Shown piece by piece: positions 18,715-28,771 of a DNA stretch of 64,000 nt. The position numbers and the translations under genes are program-made. Source of the stretch: an uncultured Methanosarcinales archaeon (lineage in GTDB: Archaea > Nanobdellota > Nanobdellia > Woesearchaeales > GW2011-AR15). The notes beneath the pieces were generated by a model. The model was not told the origin of the DNA. It saw only the letters and a program-made list of their open reading frames with translations, and searched no databases. Within the stretch, counting starts at the first letter, position 1. Each line of letters opens with the position of its first letter. Location of the stretch: positions 109,934 to 173,933 of the forward strand of contig CAZKFC010000001.1 of assembly GCA_964552005.1 (NCBI GenBank), read 5' to 3'.

Positions 18715-19410
18715 ATGGTCACTGTTCCAAAGCATTTTAGTAGGAATTATATAGTCTATCTAGACTCTATCTCCAAAATAAATAAGGTTTGGTATTTAAA
18801 CATTCAAAAAGAAATTAATCCCCTAATAAAAGGAAAGACTATTTTAGATATTGGGAATGGTGGCATATTTAATTTTGACATTTCATTGCCAAAAAAAATA
18901 ATAGCAATAGATCCTGCTTTTAAGTATTTTTTCAAATTAAAAAAATATTCTAATGTTGTTTATGGATTTGACGATGCTAGATCTCTCAAATCAATTAAAA
19001 GAGAATCCGTTGATGTGGTTTTGTTTCAATTGGTTTTACATCATGTAACAGGTAAATCGTTTAATGAAACTATCAATAATCTTAAACAAATTTTTGTTGA
19101 AACTGGGAGAGTTTTAAAACCCAAAAGAGAAATTGTTATTGTGGGATCTGTTGTTTTCAAATTTCTTGAAGAAATTGAAAAAATATTCTACTATCCACAG
19201 ATATACTTCTTTAAATTGTTCAACAAACCAACTGTTTTTGAATTTTCAGAAAAAACACTACTTTCTCTTATACAGAAAGGAAATTTTCAATTAATTAAAA
19301 TTAAAACCATATATTATGGGAAGAAATTAGATGTGCTAAATGGAATAAAACCAGGATTATTAATATTTCCAGCTTTTGGATGCTTTCGGATAAATGTAAA
19401 CTTTTTATGA
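18715..19410 (+). CDS. class I SAM-dependent methyltransferase
   Basis: ILDIGNGG, DAR, VLHHV, RVLKP. Confidence 0.8.
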   Translation: MVTVPKHFSRNYIVYLDSISKINKVWYLNIQKEINPLIKGKTILDIGNGGIFNFDISLPKKIIAIDPAFKYFFKLKKYSNVVYGFDDARSLKSIKRESVDVVLFQLVLHHVTGKSFNETINNLKQIFVETGRVLKPKREIVIVGSVVFKFLEEIEKIFYYPQIYFFKLFNKPTVFEFSEKTLLSLIQKGNFQLIKIKTIYYGKKLDVLNGIKPGLLIFPAFGCFRINVNFL

Positions 19411-19436
19411 CCAGAAAAAAATAACCACTTAGTCAA

Positions 19437-20195
19437 ATGGAAACTCTGTGTTTAATCCCAGTTTATAATGAAGATTCAACAATTGAGTTTCTGATTCATG
19501 AAATACACAAGTATGAGGTTGATATTCTTGTTGTGGATGACTGCTCAACAGATAAAACGCTTGAAAAAGTAAAAAAATGGGATATTAAGATAATATCTAA
19601 CAGCAAAAGGCTTGGTAAGGGTGGATGCATCATTAAGGGTCTTAAATTTGCCAGAAAAAACAATTATAAGACCCTTATAATCCTTGATGGGGACTTAGAA
19701 CACAACCCTAACTTAATTCCTTTATTCATTAGAAAGATATCTAGGTATGATATTGTTCTGGGACAGAGATGTGAGTTTAGATCTATACAAAGATTTATTT
19801 TAAATAGGTTTGGTGCTTTCTTTTTTAAATTACTCAACCAAAACATCTATGATATTTCATGTGGTTTTAAAATATTAAAAATTAGTTCTTTTAAACAAAT
19901 CCAATTTTACAGCAAGGGATTTGAAATTGATCTTGAAATTTTGCTGGAATCGTTAAAGAATGAACTAAGTATTGGTCTAATAAATATTCCTTCCAGAAAG
20001 ATTGAGAAAAGTCATTTAAAAATTTCAGATATGATCTCTTCAAATAATTATTTTGACAAATGGATTATCAGTAACATTAATCATTTTAAAATCAAAACAC
20101 ATAAAAAGATCTTATTATTAGTTTTTTCTTATATTGGTTTATTCATTGGAACAATGTTAGCCTTGGTCGTAAAATGGAAGACATTTTTAGAATAA
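19437..20195 (+). CDS. GT2 glycosyltransferase (DPM1-like)
   Basis: IPVYNE, VDDCSTDKT, LDGDLEH, DISCGFK. Confidence 0.9.
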   Translation: METLCLIPVYNEDSTIEFLIHEIHKYEVDILVVDDCSTDKTLEKVKKWDIKIISNSKRLGKGGCIIKGLKFARKNNYKTLIILDGDLEHNPNLIPLFIRKISRYDIVLGQRCEFRSIQRFILNRFGAFFFKLLNQNIYDISCGFKILKISSFKQIQFYSKGFEIDLEILLESLKNELSIGLINIPSRKIEKSHLKISDMISSNNYFDKWIISNINHFKIKTHKKILLLVFSYIGLFIGTMLALVVKWKTFLE

Positions 20196-20296
20196 TATTT
20201 TTGACTCATGTTCCTTATTATATTATCTCTTTTTTATCTATATATTATATTAGAAAAACACGAAAATATCTACGTGAAATTACTAGGAGATTATAA
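20174..20296 (+). CDS. 40-aa single-TM microprotein
   Basis: MEDIFRIIFLTHVPYYIISFLSIYYIRKTRKYLREITRRL; overlaps GT2 stop; similar to next ORF. Confidence 0.55.
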   Translation: MEDIFRIIFLTHVPYYIISFLSIYYIRKTRKYLREITRRL

Positions 20297-20424
20297 TGAA
20301 TACATCAACAGCAATAATTATTACACAGGTTCCAATTGCAATCTCAATTTTAGTAGGGTCATATGAGATTTATAAATTAAGAAAAGAATTGATGGGTTTA
20401 CTTGAAAAAATAACAAAAAAATAA
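20296..20424 (+). CDS. 42-aa single-TM microprotein
   Basis: MNTSTAIIITQVPIAISILVGSYEIYKLRKELMGLLEKITKK; AGGAGA RBS, TAATG coupling. Confidence 0.6.
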   Translation: MNTSTAIIITQVPIAISILVGSYEIYKLRKELMGLLEKITKK

Positions 20425-20425
20425 A

Positions 20426-21724
20426 ATGTTTTATCACTTTAAAGATTACTTTATTCTTTCACTGATCTTCTGGTTATCTGCTTTTTTTTTATTTACTCCG
20501 CAAATATTGGTAATTGATGGGATACAGTATTATGCACCTGTAAGATCCCTTGTAATAGATAAGGACATACAATATGATAATGAATTTAAGGAAATTTGCT
20601 CAAAAGATTTCACACCAGAAGTAAAAGAAACAAGTTGTACTTATTATATAAGTTATCAAACAGAGACAGGACATACAAGAAATAATGCTATGTTTGGCGC
20701 CACTTTTTTTTGGTTGCCTTTCTTTGTTTTTGCTCATACCTTATCTTTTCTATTTAATCTTCCAATAAACGGATACACAAACTTATATTTTAATATAACT
20801 CTTTTTGGGACGGTTGTATATTCCTATCTTGCCTTGCTTTTGATTTATAGATTTGTTAAAAATTATTTTGATATTTCAACATCTCTCTTTGCTGTAATAA
20901 TCTATTTTTTATCTTCTTCTTTTTTATTTTATGCATTTAAACAGCCAGCAAGTAATCATGGTATCTCTCTATTTACAACGGTTCTGTTTTTGAATTTTTA
21001 TTATTTGATTAAATCTAAAATAAAATTTTTTTGGATATTGCTTGGTTTTATTTCGGGATTAATGAGTATTGTTAGATGGAATAATCTGGTTTTTGTTATT
21101 CTTCCTGTAAAAAGATTAGTATTGGATTTTTTTAAAACAAAATCAAAAAAAAGTTTTATTCATCTGTTCTGTTTTAGTTTTGGTTTTTTAATTGCAGTGT
21201 TACCACAATTTATAGTTTTGAAAATTATATATGGTGTATGGGTAAAGAGTTTAGTATCTACAACATTGCAAATCTGGCCGAAATATTTTTTTCACATCTT
21301 TATTTTACCACCCCATGGAATAATTTTATGGACTCCGATAACCATTTTTTCACTAATTGGATTAATACATCTTTTCAGACAACACAAAAATTTAAGAGAA
21401 TTACTTCTGGTTTTTTGGATAACTGTATTTTTTCTATCCACGTTTGAATATTACCATGGGGGTTCTTCATTTGGGATAAGATATCTCTTTGGTATGACAC
21501 CTGTTTTTATTTTGGGTCTGGCCTCTTTTTTGGAAAGATTTAAGTTATCCAGGAGATATTACACACTTTTCTTTTTACCTTTTATTGTTTGGAACTTGCT
21601 ACTAATATCTCAGATAGATAAAAATTATCTCCTATTAGCGCATTTTCAATCTTTTAAAGAGATGTTCTTTAATCAATTCAGATCTTGGGAGAATTTATGG
21701 AATATGCTGTTAACTAGACTCTAG
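20426..21724 (+). CDS. GT-C-type multi-pass glycosyltransferase
   Basis: DGIQYYAPVRSLVIDKD, FWLPFF, GSSFGIRY; many TMs. Confidence 0.75.
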   Translation: MFYHFKDYFILSLIFWLSAFFLFTPQILVIDGIQYYAPVRSLVIDKDIQYDNEFKEICSKDFTPEVKETSCTYYISYQTETGHTRNNAMFGATFFWLPFFVFAHTLSFLFNLPINGYTNLYFNITLFGTVVYSYLALLLIYRFVKNYFDISTSLFAVIIYFLSSSFLFYAFKQPASNHGISLFTTVLFLNFYYLIKSKIKFFWILLGFISGLMSIVRWNNLVFVILPVKRLVLDFFKTKSKKSFIHLFCFSFGFLIAVLPQFIVLKIIYGVWVKSLVSTTLQIWPKYFFHIFILPPHGIILWTPITIFSLIGLIHLFRQHKNLRELLLVFWITVFFLSTFEYYHGGSSFGIRYLFGMTPVFILGLASFLERFKLSRRYYTLFFLPFIVWNLLLISQIDKNYLLLAHFQSFKEMFFNQFRSWENLWNMLLTRL

Positions 21725-21824
21725 ATGTATATTTTTAGTATGTTATAGGGAAGGGTCCACTTTCTAGGCTATTATCTTAATAAATACCATAAATATTAAA
21801 TAAACGCCAAAGCTATTCTGTGAT

Positions 21825-22688
21825 ATGATAGAAATAGCCATAGGGATTATAGCATATAATGAAGAGAAGAATCTACCTAAATTACTTGATATAATTAAGG
21901 ACTTAAAAATAAAAGAACTCTTTTTGTTTTCCGATGGGAGTACTGATAAAACCAATAATATAATTATGAATTTTAAGGGTAAAAAGACGAATAATGTTTA
22001 TAAGATAATTGGGAAAAAGAGAAGAGGGAAGTATTTTAGGATAAATCAATTTATTGAGAAAACTACTTGTGATATCTTACTACTTTGTAACGGAGATATT
22101 TTACCTAAAGAAGGGTTCCTAAAGAAGATTATTAAATTTATGCAAGATAAAACCATAGCTATAATCACAACAAGAGGCGTATGTGTGAATAAGAAGGATT
22201 CTTTGTTGAATCAGGCAGTACATGTTTATTGGGAGCTGCATCATGAATTTAGCTTAATTCAACCAAAAGGAACAGGCTTGCTAGCATTAAGAAAAGAAAG
22301 GATTAAATTGCCTAAAACATCTGTAGATGAGATCTACTTAATATCTTTACTTGAAAAAAAAGGTCGTATAAAATATGCAGACAATATTACATATTACACA
22401 AAAAGTCCAGAAAAACTAAGTGAGTTTGTAAAACAAATAAGAAGATATCATAATGGTCATAAAATTGTTGCAAAGAAAACAAATTTTAAAGATATAACTT
22501 TAAATTATGTGCAAAGTATAAAAATTATTTTCAATTACTTGACACATAACACAAATAAAATTTTACTGTTTTTTATGCTTCTCTGCATTGAAATGCTAGG
22601 GAGAATTTTAGCAAATTTTGATTATTTTTTTAAGGAAGAACAACCTGTGTGGGATGTTGCAGAATCTACAAAGAATTTGAAAATTTAA
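21825..22688 (+). CDS. GT2 glycosyltransferase
   Basis: IIAYNEE, DGSTDKT, NGD, QIRR. Confidence 0.85.
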   Translation: MIEIAIGIIAYNEEKNLPKLLDIIKDLKIKELFLFSDGSTDKTNNIIMNFKGKKTNNVYKIIGKKRRGKYFRINQFIEKTTCDILLLCNGDILPKEGFLKKIIKFMQDKTIAIITTRGVCVNKKDSLLNQAVHVYWELHHEFSLIQPKGTGLLALRKERIKLPKTSVDEIYLISLLEKKGRIKYADNITYYTKSPEKLSEFVKQIRRYHNGHKIVAKKTNFKDITLNYVQSIKIIFNYLTHNTNKILLFFMLLCIEMLGRILANFDYFFKEEQPVWDVAESTKNLKI

Positions 22689-24517
22689 TTTAAAGACTTT
22701 ACTATCTCAACAATCTTTTTCCCCTCAGCCTTTCCCCTCAGCTTACTCATCACTTTTCCAACCAAAGTATTTAAAGGAAGATTTTTATTCTTAACAATAA
22801 TCTTCTTAATCTCTTCTTCTAGCTCTTTATCACTCAATAATTTGTATTTTGAATAATCTATCCTCTTATTATGGGCAATTTCAACAAGGATCTCAAACAC
22901 AGCATCTTTGCTTATCTCTTTTCTATCTAATTTATCAAAAATCTCATCAATATAGTTGCCAATATCAATCTCTTTATTATATCTTTTTTTAATCTCTTTC
23001 GGCATTTCTATTAATGTTCTTACAATAAAGCTGGGCTTGATCTTTTTATGCTTATTTACATAATACTCCAAATCAACATCTTTTTTTATCAATTCTTTTG
23101 TAATACCTTGCGTAATCTTGTATCGCTTTGATATCCTTTCTATTTTTTCAGATACTAATTCAGGTATTTCAATAGACTCGAGAACTTTTTTTGTTACTTT
23201 TATGTTTGGGATATCAGTCTCAGGATATAATCTATGCGCCCCGGGCAATGGCCTTGCATATGAGCTGGTTGCATCATTATGATTTGGAATGCGTGTTTCT
23301 TCGGGCACACCTTTTAAACAGTATAATGCGCGTTCATAAACAGCATTTATTGCTTTCTCTGCAATTCCTTTTTTCTCAGCAATAATCAGAATTAAATTAC
23401 TCTCTTTTGCATTGAATAATTTCCTTAATTTTTTAAACTCATTTTCTAGTTTATATTTTTTTAAATCCTCATCAGTATGAATAAGGCCTTTTGTTCCGTA
23501 TGATTTTGCATATTCGCTTACTTCCTTGCCAAAAGTTTTTCCAGGGCATAATTCTTTTTTTAGTAAGCCAGAAAAACCAGGTAATAAAAGAGCATATACT
23601 TTGCTATTATTTTTTATTAAATTAGAAATAATTTTTGATTTTGTTTTTCTGAAAATATGAGTAACGTCTTTTTCTTTTTTATTGAATTTTTTAACTTTTC
23701 TAAGTTTAAGTTCTTTTTTTATTTGCAATAAATTAAATTGTCTTAATACCTCATTTTCGACCAATTTCTCAATCTTTCTCAAATCCTGCCATCCTTTGAC
23801 CTCAATTCTCGCGCCATTCCTGATAGAAATATTGACGTCCTGCCTTATGCTTCCAATGCCTCTTTTAACATTAAAAGACCTTAACATCGTTCCAATTTGT
23901 AAAGCAACTTCTTTTACATGGCTTGGATCTTTAAGAGAAGCATCTGTACCTAATTCAAGTAAGGGAATTCCTAATCTGGATAAAGAATAATACACTTTAT
24001 TATGTTCTTTTTTTTCGATTTTGCAGGCATCTTCTTCTAAATTTAGCAAAGTAACTTTAACATTTCCTTTTGATGTTTTAATATATGAAGAATCACTTTC
24101 AATACCAACTAACATTGTTCTCTGGAATCCAGTAATTGCAGATCCGTCTGTCACTGTTTTTCTCATGACACATATTGTATCAGGAATCTTTAATTTAAGG
24201 AGTTTGGCAACACCTAGTGCTATAGTGAAAGCATCTTTATTAACAGGATGCGGAGGCTCTTCATCTAAATCAACCAGGCATGCTTCATTCTCATATCCAT
24301 GATAAATAAACAAACGATCTCTAAACTGTTCATATGCGCTTGCTAAATCAATCTCGCCAGTTTCACCGGCAACAGCCCTTAATTTTCTTACTGTTTCAGA
24401 AATTAGCTTATTTTCAGTCATTGTAGAAGAACAATTACAGAATAATTTTTTGGTGTTTAATTCTTGGTGGATTTCTATGCCTGCTTTGAAACCGAGTTTT
24501 TTATAGTCTAGACGCAT
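22685..24517 (-). CDS. gatE: Glu-tRNA(Gln) amidotransferase subunit E
   Basis: GIEIHQEL..KKLFC, DGSAITGFQRT, RGIGSIRQDVN, RPLPGAHRLYPETD; start at MRLDYKK. Confidence 0.96.
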   Translation of the reverse strand: MRLDYKKLGFKAGIEIHQELNTKKLFCNCSSTMTENKLISETVRKLRAVAGETGEIDLASAYEQFRDRLFIYHGYENEACLVDLDEEPPHPVNKDAFTIALGVAKLLKLKIPDTICVMRKTVTDGSAITGFQRTMLVGIESDSSYIKTSKGNVKVTLLNLEEDACKIEKKEHNKVYYSLSRLGIPLLELGTDASLKDPSHVKEVALQIGTMLRSFNVKRGIGSIRQDVNISIRNGARIEVKGWQDLRKIEKLVENEVLRQFNLLQIKKELKLRKVKKFNKKEKDVTHIFRKTKSKIISNLIKNNSKVYALLLPGFSGLLKKELCPGKTFGKEVSEYAKSYGTKGLIHTDEDLKKYKLENEFKKLRKLFNAKESNLILIIAEKKGIAEKAINAVYERALYCLKGVPEETRIPNHNDATSSYARPLPGAHRLYPETDIPNIKVTKKVLESIEIPELVSEKIERISKRYKITQGITKELIKKDVDLEYYVNKHKKIKPSFIVRTLIEMPKEIKKRYNKEIDIGNYIDEIFDKLDRKEISKDAVFEILVEIAHNKRIDYSKYKLLSDKELEEEIKKIIVKNKNLPLNTLVGKVMSKLRGKAEGKKIVEIVKSLN

Positions 24518-24601
24518 ATAACAAGTGATATTAGCATTATTTAAATAAATTTTGTCTAAGAGAGAAAATATTTTAAATAAACTTTGCTTAACTAATTTAA
24601 T

Positions 24602-25012
24602 ATGAGACGCTATACTAAAGAACAACTTATTTTTTATCTAAAAAAACTAGCTAAAGAATTAAAAAAAAGTCCAACTATAAAAGATATGAACAATAAAAAG
24701 AAATATCCTTCTGCTTCAACATATTTTAAAAGATTTGGTTCTTGGAACAATTCTTTAAAAAAAGCAGGTCTTAAGATTAATGTAAGGAAAAAATACAGTA
24801 AAAAAGAATTAATTGAAAATGTTAAATTATTGGCAAAGGAAATTGGAGACATCCCTAAAGCAGTTCATTTAAAAAAGAAAAAATGGATTGCATCTTATTC
24901 TACATACAGAAAGTACTTTGGCAGCTGGAAAAAAACTTTGAAAGCTGCGGGAATAGCAAAAACAGAACAAATATTAAATCTAAAGGAGTTTACAAGGAAA
25001 AAAAGAAGATAA
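24602..25012 (+). CDS. homing-endonuclease-associated repeat protein (two repeats, no nuclease)
   Basis: Twice Y[TS]K..LI...K.LAKE....P...S.STY...FGSW...LK.AG. Confidence 0.75.
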   Translation: MRRYTKEQLIFYLKKLAKELKKSPTIKDMNNKKKYPSASTYFKRFGSWNNSLKKAGLKINVRKKYSKKELIENVKLLAKEIGDIPKAVHLKKKKWIASYSTYRKYFGSWKKTLKAAGIAKTEQILNLKEFTRKKRR

Positions 25013-25043
25013 ATTTAAATTAAGTTCTTTATTCATTAGATTT

Positions 25044-26801
25044 ATGTTGTACAAAGAGCTTGTTGAATTATACGAGAAATTAGATAGTACTTCTAAAAGA
25101 TTGGAGAAAATTTATTATTTATCTGAATTAATTAAAAAGACAGAAGCTAAAAATTTAGCGCTAATTATGTTAATGGCCCAAGGAAAAATATTTCCTGATT
25201 GGGAGGATAAGAAAATTGGCGTTGCTTCTAAACTTATTATTAAAGCCATTCAAAGAACTACTGGCATTTCAATAAAAGAGATTGAAGAAGAATGGAAAAA
25301 ACAAGGCGATTTAGGTAATGTTGCTCAGCTATTAATAAAAAAAAAGAAGCAATCATCATTATTTCCAAAAAGATTAACTGTGGAAAAGGTTTATAATAAT
25401 CTAAAAAGTTTAGCATCTTTAGAAGGAAAGGGCAGTGTTGATAATAAAATAAATATTATCTCTGAATTATTGATTAATTCTACGCCGATAGAAGCTAAAT
25501 ATATTATAAGGACAGCTATTGATAATCTAAGGGTAGGAATAGGTTCTGGAAGTATCAGAGATGCGTTGGTCTGGGCCTTTTTTTCAGATGAATTAGATAT
25601 TAAATATGATCCTGAAAATGTTAAAATTGAGGTTAAAGATCGTGCTAGGTATAACGAGGTTCTTGAGAAGGTCAGGCATGCTTATGATTTAACAAATGAT
25701 TTTGGTAAAATCGCTTTAATATTAAAAGAAAAAGGTCTTAATGGATTAAATGAACTTTCTTTACAAGTTGGCAAGCCAATTAATGTTATGCTCTACCAAA
25801 AAGCAAAGAATATTGAAGATGCTTTTTCTATTGTTGGGAAGCCAGCTGCTTTTGAATTTAAATATGATGGTTTTAGAATGCAGATTCATATAGATAAAGA
25901 CATTCAAATATTTACAAGAAGATTAGAAAATGTTACAGAACAATTTCCAGAAGTTGTTTCTTATCTAAGAAAATATGTTAAAGTTAAAAATGCAATTTTA
26001 GATGCTGAAGCTGTTGGATTTGATCCTTCAACTAAGAACTATGTTCCGTTCCAAAAAATATCTCAGCGTATAAAAAGGAAGTATGATATTAAAAATATGG
26101 CCAAAAGATTCCCTGTTGAAGTCAATATATTTGATGTTCTTTATTATAATAATAATAATTTACTTAGTAGACCATTTAAAGAGAGACGGGAGATACTTGA
26201 AAAAATTGTTATAGAAAAACCAAGAAAAATAGTTTTGGCAAAACAAATTATTACTGCTAATTTAAACAAAGCACAAAAATTTTATGATCAATCTCTAAAA
26301 TTAGGTGAAGAGGGGATAATGGCCAAAAACCTTAATAGTGTATATAAGCCAGGTTCTCGTGTAGGATATGGTGTCAAGATTAAGCCAATCTTAGAGCCGT
26401 TAGATTTAGTTATTGTGGCTGCAGAATATGGTGAAGGTAAAAGAAGTGGCTGGCTAACTAGTTTTTATTTGGCCTGTTCTGATAATGGTCAATTAAAAGA
26501 AATTGGCAAGGTAAGCACAGGTCTAAAAGAACTTGAGAAAGAGGGTGTTACATTCAAAAAATTAACAGAGTTATTAAAACCATTAATTACAGAATCTTCA
26601 GGCAAACATGTTATAGTTAAGCCCAAAATTATTATTGAGGTTGGTTATGAAGAAATTCAGAAATCTGTTAATTATGATAGCGGTTATGCATTAAGATTCC
26701 CAAGATTTTTAAGATTAAGGACAGATGAAAAAACAATTAAAGATATAAATACAATAGATGATGTAAAAAAATTATATATCCAGCAAAGGGGTTGTAATTA
26801 A
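25044..26801 (+). CDS. lig: ATP-dependent DNA ligase
   Basis: KYDGFRMQIH, EGIMAK, ALRFPR. Confidence 0.96.
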   Translation: MLYKELVELYEKLDSTSKRLEKIYYLSELIKKTEAKNLALIMLMAQGKIFPDWEDKKIGVASKLIIKAIQRTTGISIKEIEEEWKKQGDLGNVAQLLIKKKKQSSLFPKRLTVEKVYNNLKSLASLEGKGSVDNKINIISELLINSTPIEAKYIIRTAIDNLRVGIGSGSIRDALVWAFFSDELDIKYDPENVKIEVKDRARYNEVLEKVRHAYDLTNDFGKIALILKEKGLNGLNELSLQVGKPINVMLYQKAKNIEDAFSIVGKPAAFEFKYDGFRMQIHIDKDIQIFTRRLENVTEQFPEVVSYLRKYVKVKNAILDAEAVGFDPSTKNYVPFQKISQRIKRKYDIKNMAKRFPVEVNIFDVLYYNNNNLLSRPFKERREILEKIVIEKPRKIVLAKQIITANLNKAQKFYDQSLKLGEEGIMAKNLNSVYKPGSRVGYGVKIKPILEPLDLVIVAAEYGEGKRSGWLTSFYLACSDNGQLKEIGKVSTGLKELEKEGVTFKKLTELLKPLITESSGKHVIVKPKIIIEVGYEEIQKSVNYDSGYALRFPRFLRLRTDEKTIKDINTIDDVKKLYIQQRGCN

Positions 26802-27850
26802 ATTAATTTGTTCTTTATTAGAAATTTATAAATTTCTTCACTTACAAACTTGTGTCCGTTCTCATTTAAATGAAATTCATCACTTATATAATAACTTGTC
26901 GGGTCTTCGCTCTCTTTAAATAAAGGGTATAAATCAAGATAATAAATCTTGTTTTTGTTAGTAATTTTTTTTAAAATGTTTGCTATCTTTTTTTGGTCAA
27001 AGTTATTATTATTCATTGTATTATCAAATTGCATTTTTATTGGCAAATTTACTATTACCAATTTTATATTCTTTTTTATGCAAATTTTATTTATCTCTTC
27101 AATTAGTTTAGTAAATAATTTTACGGATTCTCGCATCTCATATGTTTCATTTTTAAGAAACAATATGGCATCAGCATTATACCCTTTATTATCTTTAAAG
27201 AACACACCATTAGTTACTTCATTAAATATATATTCGAAACTTCCATAATTTTTCCCTAACCTTAACTGTAACATATAAACTGCCTGTGATTTTATCGCTA
27301 AGTTCCAAAGAAACTGATCTATTTTTGATAAATAAAATGCTTTATTGTTTTTATCTAGAATTAATTGATTATCTTTTATATAGAATAGCCTTTTTACATA
27401 ACTCTCTCTCAAATCATTCGGTGCTACTACCAAAATCATAATGTCAGGGTTATATCTTATAACATGATTTTTTAGAACCAAATATTCTTGATCTGTGGCG
27501 TAAGCAGACACTCCAAAATTCAATATTTCTGAATCTTCAAATTTATCTTGTATAATTCCAGGAAAAATCATTTGTCTAGGAAAACTTACTCCAGCAGTAT
27601 AAGAATCTCCAACAAATACAATTCTTTTTGAACTTTTTTCTAATTTATGGTTAGAATCTCTAAAACCAAAAGAATTGGTTGTAAACGTATCTAATCTTAG
27701 ATTATGGACATAAGTCCATACTAAGACATTATCATATTGGATAACAGGCCTTGAATATTCTAAAAAAATTATTCTGGTACTTAATTCAAGAAGGAGCAAT
27801 GCAAATAATATAGTAAAAATACCTAAAAAAACTCGGTTTTTTAGCTTCAT
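26798..27850 (-). CDS. membrane-anchored SGNH/GDSL hydrolase
   Basis: GDSYT, NFGVSAY, ND, DEFHLN. Confidence 0.85.
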   Translation of the reverse strand: MKLKNRVFLGIFTILFALLLLELSTRIIFLEYSRPVIQYDNVLVWTYVHNLRLDTFTTNSFGFRDSNHKLEKSSKRIVFVGDSYTAGVSFPRQMIFPGIIQDKFEDSEILNFGVSAYATDQEYLVLKNHVIRYNPDIMILVVAPNDLRESYVKRLFYIKDNQLILDKNNKAFYLSKIDQFLWNLAIKSQAVYMLQLRLGKNYGSFEYIFNEVTNGVFFKDNKGYNADAILFLKNETYEMRESVKLFTKLIEEINKICIKKNIKLVIVNLPIKMQFDNTMNNNNFDQKKIANILKKITNKNKIYYLDLYPLFKESEDPTSYYISDEFHLNENGHKFVSEEIYKFLIKNKLI

Positions 27851-27902
27851 AATATTCAGTATATCAGCAAACTTTAAATAATTTCATTAACTACAATAGT
27901 TT

Positions 27903-28064
27903 ATGGCTAAATGTTCCATATGCAATAAAAAAATAGAAACTACTTTTTTAAATAAGCTAATAGGCACATACATAAAAGATAAAAAAGGAAAGAAACATGC
28001 GGTTTGTTTTGAATGTCAGAAAAAATTTCCTTCTAAAGAAGAATTATTAAAAAACATAAAATAA
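27903..28064 (+). CDS. 53-aa CxxC...CxxC zinc-binding protein
   Basis: MAKCSICNKKIETTFLNKLIGTYIKDKKGKKHAVCFECQKKFPSKEELLKNIK. Confidence 0.7.
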   Translation: MAKCSICNKKIETTFLNKLIGTYIKDKKGKKHAVCFECQKKFPSKEELLKNIK

Positions 28065-28097
28065 TTTTTAAATCCAATGTTGTTTCTTGGCTTTTAT

Positions 28098-28170
28098 GCC
28101 CTCGTAGCTCAGTGGCTAGAGCGACAGTCTCGTAAACTGTAGGTCGGGAGTTCAACTCTCCCCGAGGGCT
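28098..28170 (+). tRNA. tRNA-Thr(CGT)
   Basis: GCCCTCG/CGAGGGC acceptor; ACAGT-CT-CGT-AA-ACTGT; GGGAG-TTCAACT-CTCCC. Confidence 0.95.
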
Positions 28171-28177
28171 TATTACA

Positions 28178-28771
28178 ATGACTCATTATTACTCAGAAAA
28201 ACAAAACTCAAAGTTAAATTTGAAAAAAATACTTATAAAATTGAAAAATAAAGAGTTTGAATTATATAGTGCTTCAGGCATCTTTTCTAAAAATAAAGTC
28301 GACAAAGGTACTAAGTTACTAATTGAAAACTGTGTTATTGAACCAATTTGGTCTGTCTTAGACATTGGTTGTGGTATTGGAGTTATAGGTATTGCTGTTA
28401 AACTGTTAAATCCCTCTACAAAAGTAATAATGTCTGATATTAATCAAAGAGCTGTTATGATAAGTAAAAAAAATGTTAAGTTACATAATTTAGATATAGA
28501 AGTTATTAAAAGCAATTTATATTCAAAAATTAAAGATAAATTTGACACTATCTTAGTTAATCCGCCGCAGACAGCAGGTAAAGAAATTTGTTTTAAAATA
28601 ATTGATGGTGCAAAGAAACATCTTAATGAAAAAGGATTTTTACAATTAGTGGCCAGGCATAATAAAGGCGGCTCCATGTTAGAAAAATATATGAAAGAAA
28701 TCTTTGGTAATGTCAAACAGATAGCAAAAGGCTCTGGCTATAGATTATATGTCAGTCTTATGAATAGTTAA
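28178..28771 (+). CDS. RsmC/MJ0882-like methyltransferase
   Basis: HYYSE, GIFS..KVDKGT, LDIGCGIG, NPP. Confidence 0.85.
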   Translation: MTHYYSEKQNSKLNLKKILIKLKNKEFELYSASGIFSKNKVDKGTKLLIENCVIEPIWSVLDIGCGIGVIGIAVKLLNPSTKVIMSDINQRAVMISKKNVKLHNLDIEVIKSNLYSKIKDKFDTILVNPPQTAGKEICFKIIDGAKKHLNEKGFLQLVARHNKGGSMLEKYMKEIFGNVKQIAKGSGYRLYVSLMNS

